A DNA stretch of 64,000 nucleotides from Squalus acanthias (lineage: Eukaryota): assembly GCA_030390025.1 (NCBI GenBank), contig CM059432.1, positions 3,162,001 through 3,226,000 of the forward strand, given 5' to 3'. Both the position numbers and the translations under genes were made by a program. Of the stretch, positions 61,373-64,000 are shown piece by piece. Positions within the stretch are counted from its first letter, which is position 1. Every line of letters begins with the position of its first letter. The notes beneath the pieces were generated by a model. The model was given only the letters and a program-made list of their open reading frames with translations, was not told the DNA's origin and ran no database searches.

Positions 61373-62087
61373 GGGCCTGAATTTCCGATCGGAGGCTTCC
61401 TGCAGGCAGACGCCTCCGATCGGAAAAAATCTCCGCACTTACCTGCTGGCTCCGTAGGTCCCGAGACTTCCGATCCTGGGCCTCTCCACTACGAAATGCG
61501 CAGAGGCCCAGGTATCCCAGGGGACGCAGGCAGTTCGCAAGCGCCCCTGGGATCACGTGGGCCATGGGGAACCAATCAAAGAAGGGAATCCCCCTTCACA
61601 CTTTAGACAGGTCTCTTCGCACAGATCGTCAAAAGTATGAATGGGGATCACTTAAAAAAAAGTTAAACATTAAATAACATTTTTTTTTAAATCACATTTA
61701 AAATTAATTAAAATGACATTAAATTAAATATTTTAAACAAAAAATTAATTTTTTGAAAAAATAATTAAAGTTTTTTTACGGGGCTAAAAATAAACTTCCT
61801 TTTTAAAAAAAAAGTATTTTTAAATTATAAATCAGTGAAAATGTTTTATTTTTTTAAACTCTTATGCTGGTAAAGGCAGGGCTTATGCAGGCTTTTACCG
61901 GGCGTAAGATTTTTAAAGGTTTTCAGCGGGAGGAGGTTGTGCAGAATGCGGAACTCTCTGCCCGCGGAGGCCCTTCTCCCGGGCAGGCGGAGGATCTGTC
62001 GAGAGGATCGCAAGTGCGGGTTTCAGCGCATGCGCTTCGCACCTCGTACGCACCCGTGAGGGGGGGGGGGGTCGGAAAATCCGGCCC
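61373..62087. mobile_element. Harbinger-type MITE (715 bp) inserted in an L2 tail
   Basis: TIRs GGGCCTGAATTTCCGA and TCGGAAAATCCGGCCC; TSD CTT (61370-61372, 62088-62090); flanks rejoin to L2 TCTCCTTATG.GGCTCGG. Confidence 0.85.
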
Positions 62088-62284
62088 CTTATGGGGCTCG
62101 GTGTCAAATTTTGTTTGATAATCGCTGCTGTGAAGCACCTGGGACGTTTCACTACGTTAAAGGTGCTAAAGAGTGCAAGTTGTTGTTGTTGTTGTTGTTG
62201 TTGAAGGACTCTCGCTACAGACAGGACACCACAAGTGAAGTCCACACCATTCCAAACATCATGCTGGCTGAAATAGTGGGAGTG

Positions 62285-62940
62285 CTCCAATTCTGGGCCA
62301 ACACACTTGATGTCAAGACCTTGGAGAGGGTGCGGAGGAGATTTACTAGAATGGTACCAAGGGGGATGAGAGACTTCAGTTACGTGGAGAGACTGGAGGA
62401 GTTGGGATTGGTCGCCGTAAAGCAGAGAGAAGGTTAAGGGGAGATTTGATGGAGGTGTTCAAAAATCATGAGGAGTGTGGATAGAGTAAAGAGGGAGAAA
62501 CTGTTTCCAGTGGCAGAAAAGCACAGATTTAAGGTAATTGGTAAAAGAGCCCGAGGGGGAGATGAGGAGAATTTTTTTTACGCAGCGAGTCGTTGTGATC
62601 TGGAACAGCGCTGCCTGAAAGGGCGGTGGAAGCAGATTCAATAGTAACTTTCAAAGGGGAATTGGATAAATACTTGAAGGAGAAAAAAATGCAGGGATAC
62701 GGGGAAAGAGCGGGGGAGGGGAGTAGGAATAATTGGATAGCTCTTTCAAAGAGCCAGCGCAGACTCGAATGGCCTCCTTCTGTGCTGTACTATTTTAATA
62801 CGAACCTTGAGTGCAGTATGTTGCGAATAGGAAGTATGTCAAGGCCTTGGAGAGGGCTGCAGAGAAGTTTAACTAGAACGGTACCTGGGATGAGGGACTT
62901 CAGCTATGCAGAGAGAAGCTGGGATTGTTCTCCTCAGAGA
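62285..62940 (+). mobile_element. CR1 3' fragments
   Basis: LERVRRRFTRMVP and tail. Confidence 0.82.
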
Positions 62941-62944
62941 TAGT

Positions 62945-64000
62945 GGGGGGGGGGGGGGAAATTTGCGTGCCCCAACAGAACTGCCGGTATCACCGGCAAC
63001 TCGAGTTAATGGCCGCTGAAAATGGCCGCAGCGCTACCGGTGCCAATTTCGCGCTGGGGGTTGGCAATGTGGAGCGCAGCGCTAACTTACCGTGTAACGC
63101 CCTGCTGGTGGACGTTAATGGAGGCCTCCGACCCGTTCACCAGTCAGCGTTGCAACTTCTTACAGCCTGTGGGAGCGAGGCTGTGGAGTTCGCAAGTCAT
63201 TATGGGCAATTAAAGTGGCTATGAATTAAAGGGGCAGTACATTGCGAACGAATAAAAATTACAATGCAGTGAAAAAATGCAGTTTTCAGCCCTTACTGCC
63301 TTTCAATAAAAAATATACCCTTAAAAATAAGCCCCAAATGGGAGTCTTCAGCACTTAAAGCTGAATTCCCTTCCGAGCCTCAACAAATGGGAAAACTGCC
63401 TCAGCACTAACACAAATGGCACCGAGGGTCTCGCACACAGCACTCCAGCTTTGTGCAGAGGGTCAACACTGCAAGAGTGGCCCTCTACCCACAGGGGCCA
63501 GGAGGCCCTCCAGAAAGAACGATGTGGGAGTACATCACTAAGGCTGTCACTGCCAGCAGTGTTGCCTCCACCTCCTGGCTCCAACGCCCAAAGAAGTTTC
63601 ACGACCTCAGGCCACTGGTCAAGGTCAGTGAATGCATCTTCAAAAACCGTCTCCTACCAACTGCACCACTCGCCTCACACACTGCTCAATGCACGACCCC
63701 CAATCATTCACCTACCAACAATCTGCACCAATCACGAGGCACATCTTCCATTCCTAGCCTCATCTCACCTCCTTGGAGGAGACAGTGCAGGTCATTCTTG
63801 GCTGAGCCCTTGGCCAGTGCTGGGGCTGGAAGGATACAAGATGCTGGTAACCTCATGCTGTTATCCTCCTTCTGGCATGCACCTCTTGCTTTCCCGCCCT
63901 CCCCTCACCACAACTCCACCCTTGTGCCTTCCTCATTTCACAAATCCAAGAAATGCAGCCTGCCCAGCCAGTGGTTGAGCAAGAGGAGGGAGAGGAGAGT
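62945..64000 (+). mobile_element. Start of another decayed Harbinger element with a Myb exon remnant (63522-63623)
   Basis: GGGG...GAAATTTG end, GCAGCGCTA motifs, MWEYITKAVTASSVASTSWLQRPKKFHDLRPLVK|GTCAGT. Confidence 0.6.

Overview
Eukaryotic, repeat-dense DNA. The repeat set (Deu-domain tRNA SINE, HE1/V-SINE, CR1 and L2 LINEs) points to a cartilaginous fish (shark-like); this is inferred from repeat recognition. I recognise no host gene with confidence. The centrepiece is two sibling PIF/Harbinger DNA transposons about 1.4 kb apart (16196-20498 and 21912-26073). Each has short TIRs, its own 3-bp TSD, a + strand DDE transposase and a convergent three-exon Myb/SANT-like gene on the - strand. 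Copy 2 looks fully intact (386-aa transposase plus a 457-aa spliced Myb-like protein). Copy 1 has an 18-nt deletion beside a catalytic Asp and a frameshifting repeat expansion in Myb exon 3. Copy 1 is inserted into a short Penelope-type remnant carrying a minimal type I hammerhead ribozyme motif, which itself sits inside a CR1. The rest is several non-autonomous Harbinger elements and MITEs, a hAT MITE, many SINE and LINE fragments (often nested), three minisatellite families, a 1.8-kb polypurine tract and a 500-N gap. Boundaries of decayed repeats are approximate; TIR, TSD and exon coordinates were read base by base.
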